Shown: positions 27,080-41,540 of the stretch, in pieces | Layout: every line of letters begins with the position of its first letter | Numbering within the stretch: the stretch's first letter is position 1 | Assembly (NCBI RefSeq): GCF_006345805.1 | Contig: NW_021834474.1 | Location: forward strand, 1 to 48,212 | DNA from: Octopus sinensis | Lineage: Eukaryota | Length of the DNA stretch: 48,212 nt | Direction: 5' to 3' | The notes under the pieces: generated by a model | Database searches by the model: none | Told to the model about the DNA's origin: nothing | The model's input: only the letters and a program-made list of their open reading frames with translations | Program-made: the position numbers and the translations under genes

Positions 27080-27475
27080 TTCAGATTTTAGCACAAGGTC
27101 AGAAATTTGGCGAGTGCGGGGTGTATGTCGAATACACCGACTCCAGTACTTCGCTGGTACTTATTTTGGACTCAGACTGTAAAGACGGGACAAAATGCCA
27201 CTAAGCATCTCACCCGTTGCGTTAAGGATTCTGCAAGCTCACCACCTTATATGGACCTATAATATTAATTAACAGTCTAAGGCGGCGAGCTGGTAGAATC
27301 GTTACAACACTGGGCAAATTGCTTAGCGGCATTTCGTCCGTCTTCACGTTCTCACCGAGGTCGACTTTGCCTTTCATCCTTTAGGAGTCTGTAAAATAAG
27401 AACACTGGGGTCGATGTAATCGATTTGTTCCTCCCTCGAAAATACTGGCCCTGTGGCAAAATTTGAAACCAATAT
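27080..27475. mobile_element. Two family-C SINEs in head-to-head orientation
   Basis: Minus copy at about 27080-27250 and plus copy at about 27280-27475. Confidence 0.72.
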
Positions 27476-27546
27476 TAATAATGAGTCTTAAGCAACAACT
27501 GTTTCTTCTCCCTAAAATAAAGGACTTTTGCGACTAAAATAAACAA

Positions 27547-29431
<1,885 letters not shown>

Positions 29432-29773
29432 AATATATTGCACATAAGTGGATTCTCTGAATCGCCATTTTAAATTCAGCGTCCTATTGTTCCAGCTTTA
29501 ATTCCAGCTGAAGACTCAACTGACATTTTCTTCCCTATCAGACTGATAGACTCAATGCCAACAATACAGTGGTGCCGGTTAAAACAACCACAGTGCTTAT
29601 CTTTCAAAATTCTATGTTCAGAATTTTATGTTCAGCAAAATGGAAAAATATTCATAATTGCTGGTGTAATATCTAATGTATTTTAGACAACTAGTTATAG
29701 AACAATCGTGTCTATCGTTGCTGTTTCTCTCACCTAATGTGAGAAATAGGTATCATAGTTATTGTATATGCTA

Positions 29774-30177
29774 CTAGCAGTATCGCCCGGCGTTGCTCGG
29801 GTTTATAAGGGAAATAACTATATAAGCATTTTTAGAGAGTTATAGCCAAAAAATAGCAAAAAAATGCATTAAAAATGGAAAAAAATTATGGTAAATTTTT
29901 TTAAAAATCGTTGACTCATCGTAGACATTTTTAGAGAGTTACTTCCCTTATATAATAGCGAAAAAAATGCATTAAAATGGTGGAAAAAAATGATGGTAAA
30001 TTTCTTTTTAAATCGTAGACTCATCATAGACGAGCGCTAATACCCAGAAGGGCTCGATATGAATCACGACTATAAGATACCCGGTTTTAGTTAAACTGCA
30101 CCGCAAAATGTGGGAGTAGTTAGGAATCTAAATCGTAGGAGACAGACAGCACACAACCTCTCTTTTATATATAAAGA
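29774..30177 (-). mobile_element. Non-autonomous Helitron, copy 4, with an internal ~100-bp duplication
   Basis: Same termini A|TC...CTAG|T. The block starting catttttagagagtta occurs twice. Confidence 0.85.
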
Positions 30178-30717
30178 TTAGGTATAGACTAGCGTCGTAT
30201 TCAGGGAGATGGGGCTGAGTGGATTTCCTGTAACGCCCGTTTCCTGTAATCTTTCAACTGGTGGGGGCTAATCTGAAATGATCATGTACTCGTATATAAT
30301 CTACACTCGTTATGTTGTCACAAAAGACAAAATGTTAAAATTTACCCCCAAGCTGCTATACCTGAATAGTAAAAACCAATTTACGATAGCTGACAATTAT
30401 TACCAAATTCATGATCAAATTAAGATCAGGAACTACAGATGCATTTATGTTGTTAAAGCCTATGAGAATGGAACGGATACCATAGCAACCGATTTCTTTC
30501 CCTTGCCGCAAAATGTACATTTGAGGCAACAGATGATGTTAGAAGAGATACAAGAGGTGTCACGAATGTTACTATTGTGTTGGTTCCAATGAGGGAGGGT
30601 GGCGTTGCTGGTGAATGGACAGGAGTGACACGGGGGTATGAAGCAAGGGAAGGATCCAGAATGGGCTGAAGCGAGGGAAGGAGCTACGGACCAGCAGGTC
30701 GCGTAACATACATATAT

Positions 30718-31131
30718 ATTTCTTTACTACCCACAAGGGGCTAAACATAGAGGGGACAAACAAGGACAGACAAAGGGATTAAGTCGATTACATCGACCCA
30801 GTGCGAAACTGGTACTTTATTTATCGACCCCGAGAGGATGAAAGGCAAAATCGACCTCGGCGGAAATCGAACTCAGAACGTAACGACAGACGAAATACCT
30901 ATTTCTATTTCTTTATTACCCACAAGGAGCTAAACACAGAGGGGACAAACAAGGACAGACATAGGTATTAAGTCGATTACATCGACCCCAGTGCGTAACT
31001 GGTACTTAATTTATCGACGCCGAAAGGATGAAAGGCAAAGTCAACCTCGGCGGAATTTGAACTCACAACGTAACGGCAGACGAAATACCACTAAGCATTT
31101 CGCCCGGCGCGCTAACGTTTCTGCCAGCTCA
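30718..31131 (-). mobile_element. Head-to-tail dimer of the family-C variant with a (gaaata)n tail
   Basis: A full-length unit at about 30905-31131 is followed on the minus strand by a 5'-truncated unit at about 30718-30899. Confidence 0.82.
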
Positions 31132-31468
31132 CGCGTACGTGCACGCACGCACAGTATGAAAGAGGTAAGGCGGCGAATTGGCGGAGTCGTTCATTGAGCA
31201 CCGGACAGAATGCTTCGCGGCAGTTGTTCTGGATCTCTGAGTTTAAATCCCACCAACGCCAACCTTTGTCTTTCGTCTTTATCGAATCGACAAATATGAT
31301 ACCAACCACGTTCTGGAATCATTTATCAGAATTGCCAACAATGAGCCGTAGTGGGAGTGGTACGGGGAACCATACCTAGCGTCCCTTTCTCCGGAATGAA
31401 GTTGGGTTTGGCGAGTCGCTAGCAAGGCTTGCTACTATAATCATCCATGACGAATCGATGTGTCGTCG

Positions 31469-31648
31469 ACACGGAAAGTCGTATAACACGGAATGTCGTA
31501 TAACACGGAATGTGGTATAACACGGAATGTGGTATAACACGGAAAGTCGTATAACACGGAATGTCGTATAACACGGAATGTCGTATAACACGGAATGTCG
31601 TATAACACGGAATGTGGTATAACACGGAATGTGGTATAACACGGAAAG
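31469..31648. repeat. 17-bp minisatellite, 10 full units plus a partial unit
   Basis: Unit acacggaa(t/a)gt(c/g)gtata, with no spacers. Confidence 0.95.
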
Positions 31649-31805
31649 AAAGAAAGGGTAGGAGATGAGGACGTAGGCTACATTTTATTTCGTTTTAGAA
31701 ACATTTCCTTTCGCACCGTTTTTGTAGTTATTATTTTGTCCAGCAAACTCATAATCAAAGACATTCCAGCCATACCAGACACGTCTTACATCTAATGTAC
31801 ATTTC

Positions 31806-32117
31806 TTCTTACTCTTTTACACGGTTCAGACAATTGACTGCGGCTATGCTGGAGCATCGCCTTTAGTCGAAGAAATCGACCCCAGGACTTATTCTTTGTA
31901 AGTCTACCACTTATTCTATCGGTCTTTTTTGACGAACCGCTAAGTTACAGGGACATGAATACACCTACATCGGTTGTCAAGCGACGGTAGAGAGGGGGGA
32001 CACACAGACACAAATACTCCCCCCCCCACACACACACACTCACTCAGGACGGGCTCCGACCAAATCCACTCACATGGCTTTGGTCGGCCCGAAGCTATAG
32101 TGGAAGACACTTGCCCG
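31806..32117 (-). mobile_element. SINE family B, diverged and 5'-truncated
   Basis: Reverse-complement family match. Confidence 0.78.
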
Positions 32118-32554
32118 TGATCCGAAAACGAATTGGCTGCTATTTCTAACAGATCGCATGACAACATCAAGGTTCCACCTCTTTGTCATCACTTGCATCA
32201 TAAATGTCTCTGTTGAAGCCCCGGACGTCAGAATATTGCAGTGAGTCAACTAAGGGGTCCTCTACGCGGATCAACTAAAATCATTTCATGTCATCTTTAA
32301 AAAATGACGTATATGGGATGGGCATAACAGGACCGCCTTTAATTTTAAGATTGATGGGACAAAGCTGATTTGAGGTAATACAGCAAGAAAGGGCTGCATT
32401 CATAATAAATAAACTATAGAGAAGATATGATTGCACAAAAGTTGCCTGTTTATATTTTCTGTCGTCCCCGATAAAACCGATGTGTGGGGCTTACGAAGAG
32501 CAACTTAGAATTCAAAGACGAATGAACTAATAGAGATGTGCTAAGATCATTTTC

Positions 32555-33213
32555 CTATACATACATACATACATACATAATACATACATACATACATACA
32601 TACATACATACACACACATACATATATATATGCGTATATATAAGCATATATATATGTATATATATATATAAGCATATATATGTATATATATATATAAGCG
32701 TATATATATATATATGTATATATAAGCATATATATATATGTATTTATATGTATATATATATATATATTTTATGTATATATATTCATATTATATATATATA
32801 TATTTATATGTATATATATATATATATTTATATGTATATATATATATTATATTGTATATACAGATATCTATTTATTGTATATATATATATGTATATATAT
32901 ACTATATGTATATATATATATTAGATGTGTGTAGTATATATATTTATGTGTGTATATATATTTATGTATATATATCGATTTTAGATGTGTGTATATATAT
33001 TTATATGTAATATATATTTATATGTATATATATACATATTTATATGTAATATATATACATTTATATGTATATATATATGTATATATATGTATATATGTAT
33101 ATATATGTATATATATATGTATGTATATATGTATGTATATATATATATATGTGTACATAAATATATGTATATATGCATTATTTATTATATGTATATATAT
33201 ATGTATATATATG

Positions 33214-33291
<78 letters not shown>
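32555..33291. repeat. Compound (TACA)n/(TA)n/(TATG)n microsatellite
   Basis: Direct inspection. Confidence 0.95.
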
Positions 33292-33293
<2 letters not shown>

Positions 33294-33294
<1 letters not shown>

Positions 33295-33692
33295 TGTGTG
33301 GTAAGTAGCTTGTTACCAAACACATGGTCCCGGGTTCAGTCCCACTGCGTGCTACTTGGGCACGTGTCTTTTACTATAGCCTCGTGCCGACCAATGCCTT
33401 GTGAGTGGATTTGGTAGAGGGAAACAGAAAGAAACCCGTCGTATATATGTTTATATATGTATGTGTATGTGTGAGTGTATATGTTTGTGTGTCTGTGTTT
33501 GTACCCCCGACATCGCTTGACAACCGATGTTGGTGTGTTTATGACCCCGTAAATTAGCGGTTCGACAAAAGAGATCGATAGAATAAGTACTAGGCTTACA
33601 AAGAATAAGTCGTGGGGGCAATTTGCTCGACTGAAGGCGGTGCTCCAGCATGCCGCAGTAAAACAACTGAAATAAGTAAAGGAGTAAAGAGT
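33294..33692 (+). mobile_element. SINE family B
   Basis: Family match directly after a long (TA)n tract. Confidence 0.85.
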
Positions 33693-33714
33693 GAAGTGTA
33701 TATATATATATCGT

Positions 33715-34572
33715 AAAATAAGCAAGGACATCCAGAGGTAAAGTAGCGTGATAGCTTCAAGCAACTCCATTTAATTGAACAATGCAATCATTACATCAAT
33801 TTAAAATGCAGAGCAATCCTCAGCTGCACAAAAACATAGAATCTAATTATATTAGAACAGATGGACACATTAGTTTAATTATACCTAAAATCTCCAAGAA
33901 GCTAAGGAGATAGACAAAAGAACATAATCCACTGAATAATCCTAAACTTTAACTGTATACAATATAGCAACATTGTTTAAAATAGTTAACTATAGTACTA
34001 CATGATAAGACTTCCCCTGTTTCCTTATCAATGGTCTGCTAGTGGGCGACCCCCTTAATTGTCAGTTAGCATCTTGTTTTAATTTTTCCTTTACCAAACC
34101 TCATGATATTACTTCTAATAAATCTTGATTTTTATAACTATACCAACTATGATGTCTGCCTGCTCCCTCAGCCCTACCCCTAACAGATACTGCACTCTGT
34201 TCTCTCAGCCTTAGATATAGAAGGGTTTTGATAAACTAGTCTATAAATTAAAACTGACCCTATAAAAACAACAAAAAATAACTCAATGACAAGTAGAGTC
34301 TGTAACAATGTATATCTTCTTGAAAAGCTTAGTAACTTCGATGCTGGAGTAAGAACAGCATGTTCTTTGTCTATCTCCTTAACTTCTTGGAGATTTTAGG
34401 TATAATTATACTAATGTATCCATCTGTTCTAATTTAATTAAATTTTATGTCTTTGCGCAGCTGAAGATTGCTCTGCATTTAAATTTGATGTAATGATTGC
34501 ATTGTTAAATTAAATGGAGTTGCATGAAACGATCGTACTGCATTACCTTTGGATATCTTTGTTGCTTATTTT
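33715..34572. mobile_element. Long inverted repeat IR1: inverted pair of hammerhead-bearing, Penelope-like pLTR fragments
   Basis: Arms at about 33715-33925 and 34360-34572. The inner ~165 bp are roughly 90% identical by eye. The right arm contains HHR-2 and the left arm a decayed copy. Confidence 0.65.
34457..34541 (+). ncRNA. Minimal type-I hammerhead ribozyme motif, intact core (HHR-2)
   Basis: Stem I GCAG/CUGC. CUGAAGA at 34461-34467. Long stem II (UGC/GCA, CAUUUAA/UUAAAUG) with a U.U at its base. GAAAC-GAUC-GUA gives palindrome ACGAUCGU. Predicted cleavage after 34537. Confidence 0.75.
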
Positions 34573-34772
34573 GATTTTAATCACCTTACTTTGAAATTGT
34601 ATGGATAATACAGTACTAAATTTCTCTCCCTCTCTTTCTCTCTCTCTCTCTCTCTGTATATATATGTATTTATATATATATGTATATATATATATGTATA
34701 TATGTGTATATATATATGTGCGTATATATATATATGTGTGTATATATATATGTATGTATATATATATGTGCG

Positions 34773-34825
<53 letters not shown>

Positions 34826-35093
34826 GTATATATATGTATATATATATGTATATATATATATGTCTATATATATATATGCATATATATGTATGTATATATA
34901 TATATATATGTATATTACATGGATATATATATGTATGTATATGTGTATGTGTATATATATATGTATGTATATATATATGTATATTTATATAATTATTGAT
35001 ATTAAAGAAGTTATTTTCGAGTTCACAGGGGAGAGAAATTCAATTTAGTGGTACTAAAACGAATTTCTCGCTGTATCATATACATATATATAC

Positions 35094-35627
<534 letters not shown>

Positions 35628-35965
35628 ATTCTATTCACAACCTTACGTTCGTAAGCTCGACGCACTAAATACTGAACCATGTGCCTTCACACACACTCTC
35701 TGTCTGTCTGTCTATCTGTCTGTCTCTGTCTCTGTCTCTCTCTCTCTAGTCTCTTTCTCTCTCTCTCTCTCTATTTATATATATATGTATATATATATAT
35801 ATACACACACAGACAAATATTCTATATTTATAAACATAATTATAATCAGGGGTCAGCTAATTGCTTCACCACGCACCGAATTTAGAAATAGAAGCTAATA
35901 TGCCTTTTCTACTAGCATTTAAGATCTCCCAGAAAGCAACGCACTTTTTTACGTAGGGAAAAAGT

Positions 35966-36208
35966 AAAAAAATAACGGTTCCACGCGACTCAGATTAGCT
36001 ACATAAGTGTTTCGAGATTAAAGTAAAGTTATATTTACTTATTTCTCATGGCCTTTGATCGTGTACATATTTAATCCTAACACTCTCAAATTTATATTTC
36101 GAAATGCTGCACTGAAGATGAGAAATAAGTAAGTAAATATAGGTTTATTTTAATCTCGAAACGCGTATGTAGCTAATCTGAGTCGTGTGGATTCGTTAGT
36201 TTTTCTTT
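35966..36208. repeat. Inverted repeat IR3: HHR-4 plus a truncated inverted copy
   Basis: About 35966-36049 is the reverse complement of about 36118-36208. The left copy stops just short of the CUGAAG core. Confidence 0.8.
36106..36173 (+). ncRNA. Minimal type-I hammerhead ribozyme motif, intact core (HHR-4)
   Basis: Stem I GCUGCA/UGUAGC. CUGAAGA at 36112-36118, then an extra U and GAGA/UCUC stem II. GAAAC-GC-GUA gives palindrome ACGCGU. Predicted cleavage after 36167. Confidence 0.8.
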
Positions 36209-36427
36209 GTGACTCAAAACTATTGAAAAGGTTGCAAGACGCAACGAAAATTTTAGGACAATAAAAATAATAAAAAAGTGGAATTTTTACCGGTGAGTGT
36301 GTTACCTTATAAGGCACAAAAAGAAAATGACTCTCCCCAGACACAACAGTATATATATGCATATACTGTGCATATATACATATATATATACAGATATATT
36401 ATATATGTATATATACATGTATGTATG

Positions 36428-36504
<77 letters not shown>

Positions 36505-36540
36505 CACATATGTATACATATATATATATATATATATATA

Positions 36541-36670
36541 TCTTTTATTAAACTTTTAATACTTTTGATATATATTTAAAATAATATAAATTAAATTAAT
36601 TTTATGTATTGGCTTATGTTTTTCATTGTTTGATTTGCCTAATAGTGGTTTTATCTCTAATTTATCATAA
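36541..36670 (+). mobile_element. Second copy of the 3' part of the 12761-13085 element, inside (TA)n
   Basis: Near-identical to 12956-13085 (tcttttattaaacttttaatacttttg...gttttatctctaattta) and flanked by (TA)n. Confidence 0.6.
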
Positions 36671-36693
36671 TATTATATATATATATATGTATG

Positions 36694-36733
<40 letters not shown>

Positions 36734-37408
36734 TATATATATATATATATATACATATATATACATATATATTTACATATATATGTATATATATATATAT
36801 GTGCATATATATATATGTGCATATATATATATTAAAATAATGAGGGTAGAATTTGATATCAATCAATTAACATCAATTTAAACCAGTGGTCTAGCATATT
36901 CAAAAATAATCCGAAGACTTAAAAATTATATTACAATTCATAAGAGGAATGACCACTAACGGGGATTCCTATACTCTTAGAAATAGACGTCAAATCGCCT
37001 TGCCACAGAGAGTGCGTTCTCTATTCTCATTGTTTTAATTTAGAATAGCAATGTTCTCAAACCAGTAAAGTAACTGTGCTAATTTATTATCCGCAGGGTT
37101 GTTGTCCGGCATCTAGCGCGCCAAAATGAAGACATTTGAAAAATACCACAAATATAATTTGTAGAACTGTACATGGGTTTTCTTTCGGGGAAACGTTTCT
37201 GTGTATAGTTCTGTGAAATATGTTTTGAGATACGAAAGGCTACGCTGAGGATTTACACATACTTGCATTTTGCTAGTATTAATGATGAAATCGTTTTAGT
37301 CCGTAAATTTTTATTTGCCTTGCTTATTTTTCACATTTTGGCGTTTGCTGGTTTTTTTGTCGAGAACACACTCTTTGAGGTAAGGCGATTTGACGTCTAT
37401 CTCTGTGT

Positions 37409-37806
37409 CCGTTGCCAGCCTCGCCTGACCCCCGTGCCGGTGGCACGTAGCACCATCCGTTAGTGGCCGTTGCCAGCCTCGCCTGCCTCCCGTGCCGGTG
37501 GCACGTAAAAGCACCATCCGTTCGTGGCCGTTGCCAGCGTCGCCTGGCCCCCGTGCCGGTGGCACGTAAAAAGCACCATCCGTCCGTGGCCGTTTGCCAG
37601 CTCCGTCTGGCACCTGTGCAGGTGGCACGTAAAAAGCACCCACTACACTCATGGAGTGGTTGGCGTTAGGAAGGGCACCCAGCCGTAGAAACATTGCCAG
37701 ATCAGACTGGGCCTGATGCAGCCTTTTGGCTTCACAGACCTCAGTTGAACCGTCCAACCCATGCTAGCATGAAAAGCGGACACTAAATGATGATGATGAT
37801 GATGAT
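37409..37806 (+). mobile_element. SINE-like 3' element (Meta-domain-like) with four ~60-bp tandem units and a (GAT)n tail
   Basis: Units start at 37409, 37467, 37528 and 37590. They are followed by ggcgttaggaagggcacccagccgtagaaa, which resembles the MetaSINE central motif (from memory), and a (gat)n tail. Confidence 0.6.
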
Positions 37807-39117
37807 ATATCATGATCTGTGTCTACTATCCACAGCAAGTCTCCATCGTCTCGTTTGAATATTTGTTAATACCAGGGAGATTTCAGTCATAATCGGCTTC
37901 GCTTGAGCTCGCACCCACGGCTTCCATACACTCTCTGTTGCTCTCCTATTCGACCCTGCATCGAAACGTTGTGTCACCAAGTTGCAGTGGAAGCGAGTCT
38001 GTTAGTGTTATTTAATCCTATACCCCTGATAATCGCTAATAATATTTGAATTTAGTTCAAGGAATTAGAACAGACCACCCATTTCGGTTCTGACTAAACA
38101 TGCCGTGACTTTGAGTCAGGATTATAACGAGGAATGAGGATGTAACTAATACTAGTCTACAGTATTTGGGCTACTCCTAATTTTTCACAGATCAAGGTCA
38201 AGGATTGAATCGTTAGATTCTACACTCTCAACACTCCCTAGTGTAGTCACCCAACTCGCCCATTCTGGAGTTAAACTCCACCAATAAATGTTTGATTAAT
38301 TTCAGGTTTAAAAGTAGTTAAACAGAAAGATAAACGTTAACTTTTGCAGTATTTACATCATATCACCTAACTATGTATAGGGGCTAGAAAACTTCTGATA
38401 CATTACTGAAAGCATTCCCGGACGGCCTCATGAGCAGTACAGAACAGAAGTACAAAAGACGTCTAATTTAATTTCATTCGTGCTCTCTTTTCAAATCTAC
38501 TCAGTCAAATGATTTATTCTAAGATTTCATTAATATATAATTGGTTTAACTTTTGGAAACTGCATCGTTTTAATTGTATCGATACTGAATAAGATCCTGA
38601 GTGAGCTGAAATCATGGTCCTTCATTATCGGGAATAAATGTTCTTTCTACGGGTTATGACATCCAAAATTATTTTAGTGCAAAGCTAGAAATATATATTC
38701 TTATGTATGATTGCATAATTCATAAGCTCAATAGTGCGCTATCTATTTTCTACGGGGAAAATACTGACAGCAAAAGACATTTCCAAAAGAAATTTCCATA
38801 CCACCACTAAATACCAGGTGCTAAACCATAGGAGATTACGAAGCAATTGGTCAAATTGTAGAATAACTTGTGATAACTAGAATTTGTATTAAATTTCAAT
38901 TATTATTGCACCGCAAAAAGTAAATTTGTGAGAAATTGAGAAGAAAACTGTTTAGTTTTGCAAAAAAAGCATTTCGATGTTATTGTGAAATCCAGTAAAT
39001 GAAGAAAAAAGAAATCAGAACCTCAAAGTGTTATATAATTTCCCCTGACAGCCAATAGGATAGGAGATGATTAAAGCAGCAGCGTGTAAGGGGAAAGCGT
39101 ACTAACAAATTTCTTAC

Positions 39118-40611
39118 CTTCAAAGGAAAGCATGCATGTACAGTTAAATCCACCATCGGTAGTTCCTCGACAAGTTCCACCGTTAAGACACGGGTTTGAA
39201 TGACAAGGATTTACAGTTTCGCAATGTTCACCTGTAAAATCTGGCAAACACTGACAAACGCCGTTGTTTTTACAAAACCCGCCATTATAACATGTTGCAT
39301 TTTGGCATGTTATTTCTTCCTGACAATAAAGACCAGTAAAGTTTTCCAAACAAACACATACGTGTTGCTTGTAAATTACCAAACACTGACCACCGTTCAA
39401 GCAAATATCTTTATGACAGGCTAGTTCTATTTCACACATTTTCCCTACATAACCCTTTGGACATGAACAGGTATAGCTTCCACCATTCAATTTTAAACAG
39501 GTACCTCCATTATAACAACTATTTATCGTACATGGATCCCACTCATCACAGTGGATTCCTGAATACACCCCTGCGCATCGGCACTTGTAACCTGCAGGTG
39601 TGTCAAATGCCAAATGACACGAGCCATTATTCTTGCAAGGGGAAAATTGGCAACCAGATGCGTCCAAATCACAGAGGTCCCCCGTGTAACCGGCTTTACA
39701 TTTACATCGGTATGCAATGTCCGATAACCTGACACACCCTGTCGATTTATTGGACGGGCATGTTGCCGAAATGCACGGGTCCCATAACTGGCATTGGCCC
39801 CCTATAGAACCATTCACGCACAGGCACTTGTATGTGTCGTTATCGTTCATGATACAGGTTCCACCGTTTTTGCAGGGTTTCAAGAGATAACATAAATCCC
39901 TCCTTTGACATTCTCCTCCAATAAAACCAGGTTTACACAAACAATGCTTTCCTGTAATATTGCTGATATGACATGTTCCTCCATTTTGACAATTAATAGC
40001 AATACAGGGATCGAGGTAAGAACAATTCCTACCCCTATATTTCGTTGGACATTTGCATTTATAGGAGTTTTTCTGTGTAGGAATACAAGTTCCATTATTA
40101 TGACAAGGGTTATGTAAGCTACAAAAATTAAACACATCACACAGTGGTCCAGTGTAACCAGATTTACATTGACATTTAAAATCCTTTTCGGTAACTGCTA
40201 TACACTTTCCATTTTTGCAAGGTTTCAAACCACATGGGTCCAATGAGTCACACACTTCACCGGAGTATCCTGGAGAGCAATCGCACTGAAAAGTGGCATT
40301 AGAACGTATTCTACACGCGGCGCCATTTTGGCACGGAATAGATGTGCATGGATTTGAGAACTCGCAAAACTCACCAACATATCCATCCGGACATTTACAC
40401 TTGAATTCGTTGTGGGACGTCATCTTACAAGTGCCGTTGTTCAAGCAGACTTTGTGAGCACACGTATCTTCACCTTCACATGTTTCGCCTCGCCAGCCTC
40501 GAGTACAGTGGCAGGTGAAATTATTAGCTTTCGAAACACACGTTCCCCCATGAGCACATGGAGAGCGAATTAAACATTGGTCGAATTTGTCACAGTCCGG
40601 GCGCATATGAA
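39118..40611 (-). CDS. Exon of 1,494 nt encoding 12 complete EGF-like repeats and most of a 13th
   Basis: Acceptor ttttcatctttccttttag|TT at 40612/40611 and donor GAA G|GTAAGA at 39118/39117, phase 1-1. Regular six-Cys EGF spacing, e.g. CHSNPCLNGGTCRGTTDGGFNCTC. Confidence 0.95.
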
Positions 40612-40694
40612 CTAAAAGGAAAGATGAAAAGAGAACAATATAAGCATCATGGATATTATAATAAAAGTGTTTTAAATATAATGTATTAATATAA

Positions 40695-40980
40695 TCTTTA
40701 TATATAAAAGAGAGGTTGTGTGCTGTCTGTCTCCTACGATTTAGATTCCTAACTACTCCCACATTTTGTGGTGCAGTTTAACCAAAACCGGGTATCTTAT
40801 AGTCGTGATTCATATCGAGCCCTTCTGGGTATTAGCGCGCGTCTACGATGAGTCTACGATTTAAAAAAGAAATTACCATCAATTTTTCCCATTTTTAATG
40901 CATTTTTGGCATATATAAGGGAAGTAACTCTCTAAAAATTTATTATTAAATCTCAGAACGTAAAAAGCTACAGTAACACC
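40695..40980 (+). mobile_element. Non-autonomous Helitron, copy 5, 3'-truncated
   Basis: A|TCtttatatataaaagagaggttgtg start, colinear with copy 2. No hairpin or CTAG end. Confidence 0.8.
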
Positions 40981-41214
40981 CCCACTTTTTCCCTCTTTTT
41001 CCATAGATATTGTATCCTTGCCTTCATTATCCAATGTCACCTTTTAAGACAATATGTTGTGATTTGACACACACTTAACTGTTATTTCTAGTAAGTGGAG
41101 TGATCACGTCGAGGTTTCTTTCTCGGTTTGTAGATGTCCAAATTAGTAAAAAGGACAACCAGCTGAAAGATTAGCAGTTCGTCTCTTCTCCTGCATTGTG
41201 TTGGTGATCAAAAT

Positions 41215-41540
41215 GTGAAGGCGCATGGCTTAGTGGTTAGGGCATTCGGCTGACGATTGTAAGGTCGTGAGTTCGATTCCCGGTGATGCGTTGTGTCCTT
41301 GAGCAAGACACTTTATTTCACGTTGCTCCAGTCCACTCAGCTGGCAAAATTGAGTTGTACCTGTATTTCAAAGGGCCGGCCTTGTCACACTCTGTGTCAC
41401 GCTGAATCTCCCTGAGAACTACGTTAAGGGTACTCGTGTCTATGGATTGCTCAGTCACTTGCACGTTAATATCACGAGCAAGCTGTTCCGTTGATCGTAT
41501 CAGCTGGGACCCTCGTCGTCGTAACCGACGGAGTGCTCTT
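41215..41540 (+). mobile_element. SINE family D: tRNA head, CORE-like body, family-A 3' half
   Basis: tgtccttgagcaagacactt CORE-like motif, followed by tgtacctgtatttcaaagggcc...gacggagtgct shared with family A. TSD ttggtgatcaaaat at 41201-41214 and 41541-41554. Confidence 0.85.

Noticed and set aside
30278-30592. 104-aa ORF as a host exon or LINE endonuclease fragment
   Set aside because: Only a faint resemblance to an APE-type segment and no motif I can support. It would need TBLASTX to decide.
31469-31648. CRISPR-like array
   Set aside because: Contiguous 17-bp units with no unique spacers, no cas genes, and a eukaryotic context.
36880-37000. Possible seventh hammerhead (taagag/ctctta stem before gaaatagacgtc)
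   Set aside because: No recognisable CUGANGA core next to the stem, and no stem I. At most a heavily decayed relic.
37311-37757. 148-aa ORF with GAFYVPPA repeats, and the ~60-bp array as a CRISPR
   Set aside because: The ORF is the antisense reading of the tandem units of a repeat element. There are no spacers and no splice support.
40612-40762. N-terminal 50 aa of the 563-aa ORF as a start and signal peptide
   Set aside because: It is intron and Helitron sequence upstream of a strong acceptor at 40612.
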